A DNA stretch of 64,000 bases, from positions 128,001 through 192,000 of the forward strand of contig JAVJQW010000033.1 of assembly GCA_040218735.1 (NCBI GenBank). Reading direction: 5' to 3'. The position numbers and the translations under genes were made by a program. Shown here piece by piece: positions 45,901-55,268 of this stretch (positions are counted from its first letter, which is position 1; each line of letters starts with the position of its first letter). Origin of the DNA: Deltaproteobacteria bacterium (GTDB lineage Bacteria; Myxococcota; Kuafuiibacteriia; Kuafuiibacteriales; Kuafuiibacteriaceae). The notes under the pieces were generated by a model. That model worked only from the letters and a program-made list of their open reading frames with translations, was not told the origin of the DNA and searched no databases.

Positions 45901-48690
45901 CACCGGCGTGTCGACGACGTCGGTGATGTACTTCGCGACGCCGTCCGAGAAGTCCGACGCCATCAAGTGCGAGTGCCACGTGCGGTGAATCAGCTTCACC
46001 GTCAGCGGCTGTCCCGCGACGAGCTTGCCGTTCGGATCCACGGCGACGACCTGCGGCCGAATCGACTTCGCGCGCTCGATGAAGCGCGGGACGTTCACCC
46101 CCACGACGAACGGCGGCACGGCGCGCACCTGCTTCGTCGCGCTCACGGTCTGATCGTCGGCGCCGGTCACCGTCGCCTCGACGACGTACGTGCGCGGCTG
46201 CGCGGTGGGCTCCAACGCGGGGTTGAGCTCGAGCTTCGCGGCGCCGGTCTCGTCGGTGCTGTCGTTGCGCCCGAGGTTGGGCGTCGACTCGAACCGGCGG
46301 TGGATCGAGTAACGGCTGTCCGTGGAGTACACGAAGCCCTTCAGCTTGGACGGTGGGTTCCACGCGTACGGGAACTGCGTGACGCGCCAGCGGATGGGGC
46401 GCCCCGCCACGGGCCCGCCCGCGTAGTAACTCGCCGTGCCCTTCAGCGTGAACGAGCCGTCGAGCGGCGCGACGTCTTCGCCGTGCAGCCGAACCTCGAA
46501 CTTCGGGATGCGGTACGCCTCCATCGAGAAGCTGACCTGGCACATGCGCGGTTGGGTTGGCGTGCCGAACGACGCCGTGAGCATCCCGGTCGGCAAGTTC
46601 TCTTGCGCGAACTTCACGTAGAAGCTCCCGCTCTTCGACAGCTCGATCGGGTACGTGTACTTCAGGTCACCCGCACCGCGGACCACGAGGCTGTAGTCGC
46701 GGTTCTTCGGGAGGCTCAGCTCCCCCTCGTGCCGTGTGCGCACGAAACCCTTGAGGTGCACGGCCTCGTCGGGACGGTACACCGGGCGCTCCGAGAAGAC
46801 GTGGCAGAGCGTCTTCGCCTGGTCGCCGCGACGCTCCGGGTGACTCGCGATCATCCACGACAACAGCGCGCCGCTGCGGTTGTTGGTCCACCGGTTGTGC
46901 GCGAAGCGCTGCGGCGGGTCGTTCGGATCGATCACCAGTCGGTCCTCGCCGAGCTGGACGACGACGCGTCGAATCTCCGCGTTGCGGATGTAACCGGGCG
47001 CGCTCCAGCGCGCCGAGCCGGCGCCGTCCGTCTTCCCCGCGAAGAAGGTGTGCCAGGACTTGTTCTTGCGCCCCTCCACGAGCACCCGTGCGCCCGCGAC
47101 CGGTTTGCCGGACGCGAGGCTCGTGACGAAGAAGCGCGCCTCGTGCGGCTCCTCGGCGATCGACACGGCGAGGTCCGTGACCTGCAATCGCATCCACGCG
47201 CGCTGCGGCGCACCCGTGATGTGCCGGACCCCGACGAGGTAGGTGCCGGGCTGCTTCGCGCCGGCGATGGACGCGAGGTGCTCGGACAGATCCAGCCCGT
47301 AGGTCGCGGCGTTGTCGTCGCGCCCGATCGGGAGGCGCACGATCCGAGACAGATCACCCGTGCCCATGGTGCGGAGCAGCTCGCGAACGCTGGAGGTCGT
47401 CGGCGTGAAGCGCGCGTTCACGTCGAGCTCGATCTCTTCGCCGGGGCCCGGCGGGCGCTTCGACTCGTCGACCGCGACCACCTGGCGCGGGAACGGCCAG
47501 AACCGACGGTCGAGCGGGTCGACGCGGTGAATGCGGAGGTCCACGCGGTCGTGTCCGCGCGAGCCGATTGGGATGGTCTGAGGGCCGAGCCGCTCCACGG
47601 TGCCGTTCGCGTCCTGCAGAGAGAGGTACGGGTTGTAGCGCGGGTAGTAGAACGACATCCGGCTGGTGCCGTGAAGGTCCAGCTTGCGCCCGGCCGTGTC
47701 GGTGAGCGGCGTGGGGTGCACCGCGAGCTCGTAGCGCTTCTCGACCTCGAAGCGCCCCTCGATCATCAGCGTGCGCCCGCTGCGGACGACCTTCACACCC
47801 TCGACCGGCGGCGTGAAGCGCACGAAGTTGTTGAGCAACACCTCGTCGATCGCGGACGGCTCGCTCGACAGCTCGAGCTGCACGCGGCGCCCGCCGCCCT
47901 GGCAGCGAAGCGCCTCCTCGGCTTCGTACTGCGACCCGGCCGGGGTCACGGGGAGCCGCACGCCGGAGCAGCCGAACGACAGCAGACGGAACGCGTCGAG
48001 CGTGGAGAACGAGAAGCTGTGCGCCGAGTCTTCGTGGTCGTCGTCGAGCGACAGCGCGAAGTGCACCGTCGCGCGGGTGCTCTCCGGGATCGGCTCACGG
48101 AGCTGAAGGACGTACGTCGCGGCGTCGCTCGGAGAGCGCCGCTCCATCATCTTCACGACGAAGTCTTGTTCGTCGAGCCAGTGCGCCCGCGAGGCGTCGA
48201 GGCCGGGGCGCGGTCGCAGCTCGATCGTGGTCATCTTCGCGAGCGCTTCGAGGGGGATCGGCTCGCCGAAGGTGAGCGTGATCGCGTCGAGCGGTTGCAG
48301 GTTGTCGGCGCCGGGGCGGGGCAGCGTGCGGCTCGGTGGGTTGATCAACGTGACCAACCCAACGGAGCGCCCCGCCTCGGGGCGGACACGGACGCGCTCC
48401 AGCGCGGGCCAAGGCTCCGCCGGGACGAACTGCAGCGTCTTCGCGTCGACCCAGGTGTACGCGCCCGGGTGCGACGGCTCGATCCGCACGAAGCGCTCCG
48501 GCTGGTCCTCCGGTCCGGGGCGCCCGACCGCGCCGGGGAAGAAGACCGTGACCGGGTCCCAACGGCGCAGGAACTTCTCGGGCACGACGACCGGTCCGTT
48601 GTCCGTGGTGGGGCGCGCGATCGAGAATTGCGCGCCGACGGCAGCGAGGAGCGCGAGCGCGCCCAGTCCGAGTGCGAGGCGCGTTCTCAT
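42931..48690 (-). CDS. Bacterial alpha-2-macroglobulin family protein with a degenerate thioester motif
   Basis: SERPVYRP, YRIPKFEV, VDQAVL, LPDNLT.F, PLAAGLE and PPA...MY motifs; YPHGNAEA occupies the CxEQ position. Confidence 0.92.
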   Translation of the reverse strand: MRTRLALGLGALALLAAVGAQFSIARPTTDNGPVVVPEKFLRRWDPVTVFFPGAVGRPGPEDQPERFVRIEPSHPGAYTWVDAKTLQFVPAEPWPALERVRVRPEAGRSVGLVTLINPPSRTLPRPGADNLQPLDAITLTFGEPIPLEALAKMTTIELRPRPGLDASRAHWLDEQDFVVKMMERRSPSDAATYVLQLREPIPESTRATVHFALSLDDDHEDSAHSFSFSTLDAFRLLSFGCSGVRLPVTPAGSQYEAEEALRCQGGGRRVQLELSSEPSAIDEVLLNNFVRFTPPVEGVKVVRSGRTLMIEGRFEVEKRYELAVHPTPLTDTAGRKLDLHGTSRMSFYYPRYNPYLSLQDANGTVERLGPQTIPIGSRGHDRVDLRIHRVDPLDRRFWPFPRQVVAVDESKRPPGPGEEIELDVNARFTPTTSSVRELLRTMGTGDLSRIVRLPIGRDDNAATYGLDLSEHLASIAGAKQPGTYLVGVRHITGAPQRAWMRLQVTDLAVSIAEEPHEARFFVTSLASGKPVAGARVLVEGRKNKSWHTFFAGKTDGAGSARWSAPGYIRNAEIRRVVVQLGEDRLVIDPNDPPQRFAHNRWTNNRSGALLSWMIASHPERRGDQAKTLCHVFSERPVYRPDEAVHLKGFVRTRHEGELSLPKNRDYSLVVRGAGDLKYTYPIELSKSGSFYVKFAQENLPTGMLTASFGTPTQPRMCQVSFSMEAYRIPKFEVRLHGEDVAPLDGSFTLKGTASYYAGGPVAGRPIRWRVTQFPYAWNPPSKLKGFVYSTDSRYSIHRRFESTPNLGRNDSTDETGAAKLELNPALEPTAQPRTYVVEATVTGADDQTVSATKQVRAVPPFVVGVNVPRFIERAKSIRPQVVAVDPNGKLVAGQPLTVKLIHRTWHSHLMASDFSDGVAKYITDVVDTPVMEKKLKSGAAPQAIDLPIETGGVYVVEVAGRDRLGRAQVVSVDLYVGGDQTVTWQKPEDDTFEVATDKATYEPGDKATFLLKSPFANGRALVVVEGPDRNRYEWIDVKAGAATYRHVVKKNEVPRLPVHFVLMRGRAGAPPKQSSLEDKLKPWTLASTKWIEVRPVEHQVNVELDHPARAQPGEKVKMKIRVTDRKGRGQPAEVTLWLVDQAVLALGKEQKLDPLGAFITRAETYLSIADTRNAVFGRRTYAENPGGDGAEADDEMRAADSLLDKVTVRKNFKTVPVYLPAVQVPKSGVVTIDIPLPDNLTNFKIRAKAVSGSDRFGVAKSTISVRLPVLVQPSLPRFVRAADRFDGGGIARVVEGEGGAGRVELAAENVKVDGAKKRSVTLVKNRPTPVLFSMEAASPDFAAKGDPSVKLTLAVNRNADNARDAFAVQIPLRPDRSEERGRILEIIEPGKKRDIPGLAAPARPGTAQRTVLVSTEPALVHMASSLNALERYPHGNAEAQISRARALVATQKFVELLHIERDISVTRRGVLETLAFVERCTTGGGLVGQWPGSTGYVWLTADALELMVEARAAGFVVNQQLMSRYVSSLQRALRSDYASFVNGAAWSERVMSLAALARAKRFDAAYAAELSNKSQFLGLESVAGVAQAFMLSGQQHQPTIESLNKTMWDGVIVRRHQGKEIYGGLQDRHGAGPSLILPSETRTLAEITRAQAMIDRDGAKLPVLVAALTTLGRGDGWGSTNADAAALLALSEVLKANDGAPSHRVDIQSGRTKKTVRIGGAQPVEHFATDRVEAMTIVNRGSTPILVRVETRHVPAKSGSSVDAKSKGFVTTRRHLLVREGGPAEKRPIAEANQTLELRVGDVVEEHVQVVNPQDRAYVAVRVPLAAGLEPMNPNLATAPAEAKPSTANTVAPTYLAFMDDHVTYYFDTLAKGTYDFYFRTRASTTGTFTQPPAETSMMYDGTVFGRSPGARVVVKAKE

Positions 48691-51600
48691 GAGTCCTCTC
48701 CTTCGAGTTGGATGTAGCGGTCCACGACTTCACCCGGTGGTCCCGTCGGTGGTGGTTTGGTCCCGACGATCGCCGGACGAACGCGCGCGACCTTCTCGCC
48801 GGTGTAGACGAGGAGCACGTAGGTGCCGGCTTCGAGTTTGGGCATCTGCGCGACGCCGTCGCCGATGACGCCGCGTTTCGGATCGAGGAGCGCCATGCGC
48901 ACCTCGGCGTCGCTCGCGCGTAGGCCGACGCCGATCTTCGTGGCGTCCTTCACGTCGAACGTGAAGGCGCGCGCGTGTCCGGGGCCGATGACGACCTGCG
49001 GCCCGATCCCCTCTTCGAGGTGCGGCACTTCGGTGCGGACGAACGCGGCGCGACCGAACAGCGGACCGCCGCCCACCGCGCGGAGCGAGAGGCGCCCGCG
49101 ACCGGACGAGAGGAACAGCGGCATGGCGAGGCCGCGTCGACCGACGACGACCTGCGGCGCGGCGCCCGGCGTCTCCCAGCGCGCGACGACGGGGACGTCG
49201 GCGCGTACTTCGAACAGCGTCGCGGCCTCGGCGGAGAGGTCGAACGCCATCGCGCGCCCGGACAACGCGACGCTGCCGGGGGCCTCGACGGCCTTCGCCG
49301 ACGGGTTGCGGTCGAAGAGCGCCGCGTAGGGGTGCTCGGGGACGTCGGTCCACGCGAGCACTGTCTCGGCGCCGTGGACGATGCGCACCACGCCGCCGAC
49401 GCCGGGGACGTCGAACGTGTCCCCCGTCGCCGTCTTCCCGTCCGCGCCGAACCATGTGACCGACTCCGCGCCGACCACACGGAGCACGCGCGCGTTCTTC
49501 ACCGCCGGCAACGTGAGCTCGAAGCGGCCGTTGGCGACCTCCATCTGTTCGTAGGGCACGCGTTTGTCGCCGGCTTCGACGACGTCGATCGCGTACTCGA
49601 CCGGAGACGACGACGGGTTGAAGACGACCACCCGGTCGCTGTCGCCGTCGAAGCGCTCGGGCACCTCGTTCGCGAGGACGACGCGTTGCACTTCGTCGCC
49701 CTGGGCGATCGCGGCGACGCCGCCGCGCGTGAGGAGGACGTGGTGACGGGAGGCGCCGGCCTTCTTCTCCAGGATGACCGCCGCGCCGGGGGCGACGCTG
49801 CCGCGCGTCGCGGTGGTCTTCGTGACCTCGTCGAAGCGCGCGACGCGCAACGTGGCGTCGAACGCATCGACGCCCGAGGTCGCGGACCAGACCTGAACGC
49901 CGCGCGCGCGACCGCCGAGGGAGACCGCGGCGGCGCGACCGTTCGCGGAGACGTCGTAGTGACGCGGCGCCGCGATCTGGTTCGGCCCCAACACCGTGAG
50001 GCCGAGCGGCGAGCGGGACGTGTCGATCGTCGCGACGACCATCGCGTCGTCGACGACGTCGACGCGCACGCCCTGATCATCGATCACGATCGGCAACGCG
50101 CCGCCGTCGAGCGCCACGCGTTTGCCGCGCACCGTCCCGCGTTTGGCCTTGTCGAGCGCCTGGACGATCCAGAGCTGACGTCCCGCGGGGTGGGCGAGGC
50201 CGCGGTCCGGCGCGGCGGCGGCGACGCGGTCGGCCCAGCGGACGTTCTCCGGCTCATCGAACGTGAACGAACCCGGCGTCTCGAGCGCGACCGCGGCGAG
50301 GCCGATCGGCAGCTTCCCGATGCGCGACACCACGTGGCCGCGCGCGAGCTTCGCCTCCGAGATCGGCTCGGGCGCGACCGCGTGGACTTCGAGCTCCACC
50401 GGCGCACCGCGCTCCTCGGTCGACCACACGTTCACGCGGTAACGATCGCGTTTCGCACCGAGCGCCAACGGCACCTCGATTCGCGCCGGGCGCCCGACGT
50501 GCTGCGCCACCGCGCGCCAGCCGCCGACGTTCTCCTCCACCGCGATCGCGGTGGTCTCCGGCGAGCGGGCCCACACGACGAGGAACCGCGCGCCCTCGGG
50601 GAGCGTGAGCGGGATGACCTCGCGCCGGTCCTCGACGTTCACCGTCTTCGTGCCGGGGACCGCGAAGGGCTTCGACGCGTGCGCCGCGCGCGTGAGGACG
50701 CGGACACGGGTGTGCGCGCGTCGACCGGCGACCGGATCGATGCGCAACGTGTAGCGCCCCGCCGCGAGGCGGCGGGCGAGCAGAAAGTTCCAGTCGTCGG
50801 GGCGGTCGTCGGAGCGCGCCACAACGCGGCCGTCGGCGTCGATCAAACGCGCGGCGACATCCGCCCCGCCGAACGAGTTGATCTCCACGACTTCGTCCGT
50901 GCCGATCGCGAGCGGGAGCACCTGCGGCGCGCGCACGTTCCAGGTCTGGCCGACCACGAGCTGCACCGTGCGCACGGCGAGCGCGTAGGGGACGTCGGTG
51001 GTCTTCTGGAGGTTCTCGATCTCGAGCCGGTACCGCCCCTTCGTCAGCGCGCCCGACCACCCGCGCAGCGGCGGCACGTAGGCGACCTTCTCGCGCTGAC
51101 CTTCGCGGAAGAGATCCCCGTGCATCTTCCCGCCGAGCTCGAGCTTCACGTCCACGTCGGCCGGCACCTCGAACGACCACACGTCCTTCTTGGTGTCGTC
51201 GCCCTTGCGAACCCAGGTGTGCTCGATCTGCTGGTTGAGCGGGATCGAGTGCGGCCCGTGCCCTTCGAACGTCAGCGGCGGCTGGTGTTTCTCGAGGAGC
51301 GTCACCACGCGGACGTCGACCGACTCCGGCAGCACGATCAGGCGGTAGCGCCCCTTCTCGAAGCGCCGGTCGAAGTCCGCGTCGACGTTCGGCGTGACGA
51401 GCGGCCACCCCTCCGCGTCTTCGAGGCGGGCCTTCAGCGTGCGCCCTTGTCCGAACGCACGCAGGCGGTACGAACCCTCCTCTTCGATCTCGAACGGGTA
51501 GACCAACGTCTCCCCCACGTGGATCGTCGCGCGTGCGGGCACGCCGTCGATCAGCGGCGCGCGGCGGCTCTCCTTCGTTCGTTTCAAGCGAACGCCGAGG

Positions 51601-53744
51601 TGCCCCTTGCTTCGCCCCTGCGTCCCGACGGTGAGCTGGTAGCTCCCGACGCCGAGATATTGCTGCACGAGGAAGTTCCGGCCCACGCCGTTCTGCGCGA
51701 CCGTCACCAACGACGGCACGACACGCGTGCGCAGGCGCCCCTCGGTCGCGAGGAGCCCGGTCGACTCCAGCTGGTAGAGCCCGGTCGCGGTCGCCTCGAC
51801 GAGGTAGCTCCGCTGGCTGCTGCGATCGAGGTCGAAGAAGACCGGCTCGCGATCCGAAAGGCGCGGCAGCTTCGGGATGTTCGCGAGCCGCGCGTCGGGC
51901 ATCGCGGGCAACGGCGTGTCGGGTTCGAGGCGGCGAGTCTTCAGACCGACCGTCGACACCGAGATCCCCGGCGCCCCCTTCACGCGGATCTCGTGACGCC
52001 CCACCGACGGACGCAGCGACGTCCCCCAGCTCCCCCCGTCCACGGACAAGAGCAGCCGCGCGCCGTCCTCGGCCTCGGCGTAGAGCACACCTTCCTCCGC
52101 GATGTTCGTCGAGAGCGTCGCGACCTCGTTCGGCCGCAGCGCGATCGACAACGGGTCGCGCAGATCGAGGGGGAGCTTCCGCGCGAGGATTCCCGTGCGC
52201 ACACCGGGTTGCTCGTTCACGTACAGCGTCAGCCCGTCGGACGGCGCCGCGAATCGCTCGAAACGAACCGCCGGTCGCGGCGGCTCGATCTCGATCTTCG
52301 CGTTCGAGCCGAACACCCGCCCGAGCCGATCGCCGAGGCCGTCTCGGCTCAGCGCGACCTCGATGACCCCCTTCTTGTCCGGGTACATCGTCAGCACGTA
52401 GAGCCCGCGATCCACGCTCCACGTGGCGGGGGCCTTCTGGGTCTTCGGCGTCCGGTAGTCCTTCGGCGGCGTCACGAAGAACGGCTCGAGCCGGAAGTCC
52501 GCGCGCGCGTCGCCGCCCGCGACGAGGCGGTAGGTCCCGCTCTCGTGGATGTCGAGGAGGATGGTCGCTTTGTCGAGGAGGTTGAAGCGGCGCGCCCACC
52601 CGTCGCCGTCGGCGGGGCGCGGCGCCTGCCACACCGTGGCGTCCCAGGGCTCCTTGTTGCGCACGACGATGCCCGAGGCATCGAGCTCGTCGGCGGGGTG
52701 ACCGGAGTGCACCGTCGCGACGTAGTACTCGCCGCGCGGGAGGGTGACGCTGCGACGCTGGTCGAAGTGCTGCAGAAGGTACGGCCGCCCCGCGGGGCCG
52801 CGCACCGTGACGACGCGTGCGCTGTTGTCGCTGCCCAGGAAGAGCTCCGCGATCGGCGGCACGGACTTCTTGGTGATCGCCGTCCGCCGGTCGCCGCTCC
52901 AAGGTGAGTGCGCCTGGTAGCGCCCGACCTCGAGCCCGAGATCCAGCGCCTCCGCGAGCTCGATGCGGTAGTAACTCGCGCCGGTCACGACGAAGCGGTC
53001 GTACCCCAGCGGCCCGATCACCATGCGCTTGCGGAGCACGGAGGGAAGCGTCGGGATGCCGAAGCGGAGGTGGAACGGGTGGCTCTTGTCGTCGTCGGCC
53101 CACGCGCGCGGCACGCCGCCGTACGCGGTGAGGAGGTAGAGCCCCGGCTCGAGGTCCGCCGTCAGGCGCCGCACCGCGAGCGGGCGCCCGGTCTTGGGCT
53201 CCGTGGTGTCCGACTCCGGTGTGCGGTCGACGAGCCAGGTGCCGTCCTTCCACAGGCGCAGGTCCGACAGGTTGCGCCCCGCGGCTTCGAAGGCGACCCA
53301 GCGGCGCTTGGTGATCTCCACCCAGTAGGAACGCTGCTCGAAGTCGCCGAGCGTGGTGTCGATCGGTTTGTGCTCGACGATCTTCGGCGGCGCCGGCGCG
53401 TTCTTCTCCGCGAACGCGTGCACGCGCAGCGACGCCTTGCCCTTCGAGGCGCGCGGGTCGCCGAACGTCTTGATGCGGTAGGTGCCGCGGTCGAAGAACG
53501 CGTCGAGGCGTCCGTCCTCTTCGCCGGCGCGGCCGTGCACGGGGCCGGGGCCCGCGACGCGATCCACGATCTGCAGCGCGACGCCCGTCTTGCTCTGCGT
53601 GGTGATCGCGTAGCGCCCGAAGGCGTCGATGTTCACGTGCGCGGTGTCCGGCGCGTCGGCCGGGACGGAGCTCTTGTAGACGGTGGGGGCGGCGAGGGCC
53701 GTGGAGCCGAAGAGGAGGATCGTGAACCCGAGAGCGCGCGCCAT
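48687..53744 (-). CDS. Giant secreted multi-beta-sandwich protein (about 1685 aa)
   Basis: Signal peptide MARALG...ALA; recurring L..G.Y.L strands; ATGA overlap with the macroglobulin gene. Confidence 0.82.
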   Translation of the reverse strand: MARALGFTILLFGSTALAAPTVYKSSVPADAPDTAHVNIDAFGRYAITTQSKTGVALQIVDRVAGPGPVHGRAGEEDGRLDAFFDRGTYRIKTFGDPRASKGKASLRVHAFAEKNAPAPPKIVEHKPIDTTLGDFEQRSYWVEITKRRWVAFEAAGRNLSDLRLWKDGTWLVDRTPESDTTEPKTGRPLAVRRLTADLEPGLYLLTAYGGVPRAWADDDKSHPFHLRFGIPTLPSVLRKRMVIGPLGYDRFVVTGASYYRIELAEALDLGLEVGRYQAHSPWSGDRRTAITKKSVPPIAELFLGSDNSARVVTVRGPAGRPYLLQHFDQRRSVTLPRGEYYVATVHSGHPADELDASGIVVRNKEPWDATVWQAPRPADGDGWARRFNLLDKATILLDIHESGTYRLVAGGDARADFRLEPFFVTPPKDYRTPKTQKAPATWSVDRGLYVLTMYPDKKGVIEVALSRDGLGDRLGRVFGSNAKIEIEPPRPAVRFERFAAPSDGLTLYVNEQPGVRTGILARKLPLDLRDPLSIALRPNEVATLSTNIAEEGVLYAEAEDGARLLLSVDGGSWGTSLRPSVGRHEIRVKGAPGISVSTVGLKTRRLEPDTPLPAMPDARLANIPKLPRLSDREPVFFDLDRSSQRSYLVEATATGLYQLESTGLLATEGRLRTRVVPSLVTVAQNGVGRNFLVQQYLGVGSYQLTVGTQGRSKGHLGVRLKRTKESRRAPLIDGVPARATIHVGETLVYPFEIEEEGSYRLRAFGQGRTLKARLEDAEGWPLVTPNVDADFDRRFEKGRYRLIVLPESVDVRVVTLLEKHQPPLTFEGHGPHSIPLNQQIEHTWVRKGDDTKKDVWSFEVPADVDVKLELGGKMHGDLFREGQREKVAYVPPLRGWSGALTKGRYRLEIENLQKTTDVPYALAVRTVQLVVGQTWNVRAPQVLPLAIGTDEVVEINSFGGADVAARLIDADGRVVARSDDRPDDWNFLLARRLAAGRYTLRIDPVAGRRAHTRVRVLTRAAHASKPFAVPGTKTVNVEDRREVIPLTLPEGARFLVVWARSPETTAIAVEENVGGWRAVAQHVGRPARIEVPLALGAKRDRYRVNVWSTEERGAPVELEVHAVAPEPISEAKLARGHVVSRIGKLPIGLAAVALETPGSFTFDEPENVRWADRVAAAAPDRGLAHPAGRQLWIVQALDKAKRGTVRGKRVALDGGALPIVIDDQGVRVDVVDDAMVVATIDTSRSPLGLTVLGPNQIAAPRHYDVSANGRAAAVSLGGRARGVQVWSATSGVDAFDATLRVARFDEVTKTTATRGSVAPGAAVILEKKAGASRHHVLLTRGGVAAIAQGDEVQRVVLANEVPERFDGDSDRVVVFNPSSSPVEYAIDVVEAGDKRVPYEQMEVANGRFELTLPAVKNARVLRVVGAESVTWFGADGKTATGDTFDVPGVGGVVRIVHGAETVLAWTDVPEHPYAALFDRNPSAKAVEAPGSVALSGRAMAFDLSAEAATLFEVRADVPVVARWETPGAAPQVVVGRRGLAMPLFLSSGRGRLSLRAVGGGPLFGRAAFVRTEVPHLEEGIGPQVVIGPGHARAFTFDVKDATKIGVGLRASDAEVRMALLDPKRGVIGDGVAQMPKLEAGTYVLLVYTGEKVARVRPAIVGTKPPPTGPPGEVVDRYIQLEGEDS

Positions 53745-53836
53745 TACTGGGCGACAACGACGGGGCGCGCGCGGATCTTCACTTGAGTGGGGCACGCGGC
53801 GGACGGTACCGCGGTTGGGCACCCGGTGAAGGGGCG

Positions 53837-54406
53837 TCACTCCTCGATGTCGACGATCATCTCGCCCAACTCGTAGACCGGCTCCGGCGGCTCCGGGACG
53901 GGTTCGGGGTCGACGGCGATGTCACCCATGATCATCGGGTCGACCCGGATGCCGCCCGCCACCGGCTGGGGGACGGGGTCCGGCGGGGTGATCTTCTCGA
54001 TCTTCTCGATGGTCTTCGTCACGACGCTCTCCGGCCCAAAGACCCGATCGTCGCGGAGCTGCCGGTAGGCGAGCAGCGACAGCATCGACGCCGACAGCGT
54101 GATCGCCGCGGCGGCCATCCGGAACGTGCGACGCTTGGCCTGCTGAAGGACGCGGGCGAGGCCGACCGGGCAGTCGTCGGTGAGGACGCGCCCGTCGCGG
54201 CGCTGGAAGAGGCGCCCGCAGAACTTCCCTTCGGTCTTCTCGATGAGGTCGACGATCTCGACCGGCGTCATCACCGTGAGGTCGTACACGTTCTTCTCGC
54301 ACGACTCGCAGAAGCGGCGGCGCTGGTCGCCGACCATGTCGGCCCACGCGGCGCTGCAGGGGCTGGCGATCTGGAGGTTGTCGAGGACGGGGAGGCTGCG
54401 GTTCAT
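53837..54406 (-). CDS. Membrane-anchored protein with an N-terminal Cys-rich (probable metal-binding) domain
   Basis: IASPC...W..M.G....RFCESC.KNVYDL...FCGR; one hydrophobic helix; Pro-rich tail. Confidence 0.78.
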   Translation of the reverse strand: MNRSLPVLDNLQIASPCSAAWADMVGDQRRRFCESCEKNVYDLTVMTPVEIVDLIEKTEGKFCGRLFQRRDGRVLTDDCPVGLARVLQQAKRRTFRMAAAAITLSASMLSLLAYRQLRDDRVFGPESVVTKTIEKIEKITPPDPVPQPVAGGIRVDPMIMGDIAVDPEPVPEPPEPVYELGEMIVDIEE

Positions 54407-54478
54407 GGGGGATGAAAACGCGCCCCCCGCGCCGAGGATCTGAATTTTCTCGTGCGTTTGCCTACGCGTTACAAACGA

Positions 54479-55147
54479 CTACAGGCCGACGGCGGCCCAG
54501 TCGTAGGCCGCCTCCACGTAGGCGAGCTCCTCGGTGTAGTCCTTGTGCACCTGCTTCCTCAGGTTCGAGATCGTCTTGTGCGGGATCGACTTCGACGCGA
54601 GGTTCACGAGCCACTTCGGCAGTGAGCCGCCTGGATCCGCCATGACCTCGTAGGTGACCTCGGTCTTCTCCGGCGAGACGGCGATCAGGCGCCACTTGAG
54701 GTCCAGGTTGGGCATCCGGACCACGCCGTCGACCTCGGGGGCGAGTTTGTCCGCCGTGTTCTTGGCGTACAGCTCCACGCCGCGCTCCTTTTGGAGGATC
54801 TTGAGGCTGGTCTGGACGACGACGTCACGGTCGGAGATCAGCGGCACCCCCGTACCGGTGCGGTTGTAGACGACGCGCCGACCCATCCCCTGGAACCGCA
54901 CCGGGCGGTTCTCGACGCAGCTGTCCATCCACTCCGTCTTCCGCTTCCAGTCCTGGAGGACCGCGAGGATCTTCTTGATGCTGGCGTCCACCTTGCCCTT
55001 CCCACGGAAGCGCACCAGCGAGGTCCCCTCGACGGGCTGCTGCCAGACCTGGATGCCTTCGTCGTGGGAGATCTCCTCCCAGTCGGCGCCGAACGCCGAA
55101 GCGGGCGCGAGGAGGGCGAAGCAGAGCGGGAGCGACCACACACGCAT
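54479..55147 (-). CDS. Secreted START-domain lipid-binding protein
   Basis: Signal peptide; WE....EGIQVW, SDRDVV, VVRM and DPGGSLPKWLVN. Confidence 0.88.
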   Translation of the reverse strand: MRVWSLPLCFALLAPASAFGADWEEISHDEGIQVWQQPVEGTSLVRFRGKGKVDASIKKILAVLQDWKRKTEWMDSCVENRPVRFQGMGRRVVYNRTGTGVPLISDRDVVVQTSLKILQKERGVELYAKNTADKLAPEVDGVVRMPNLDLKWRLIAVSPEKTEVTYEVMADPGGSLPKWLVNLASKSIPHKTISNLRKQVHKDYTEELAYVEAAYDWAAVGL

Positions 55148-55268
55148 GCGTCGGTGATTGTACGAGACGGGGCGCGGCCTCGCATCCGCAGATCGGGGGG
55201 TTGGGATCTTCCATGACGCGTTGCGTTTTCGTTGACCTGGGGTGGCCCGAGGCGCCACTCCCCACCCC

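Noticed and set aside
48975-52907. 1310-aa plus-strand ORF, and similar long ORFs at 43105..45855, 45967..48717, 14568..17375 and 3518..5593
   Set aside because: Antisense shadows of real genes, expected in GC-rich DNA with strong codon bias; Arg/Ala/Gly-rich with no motifs.
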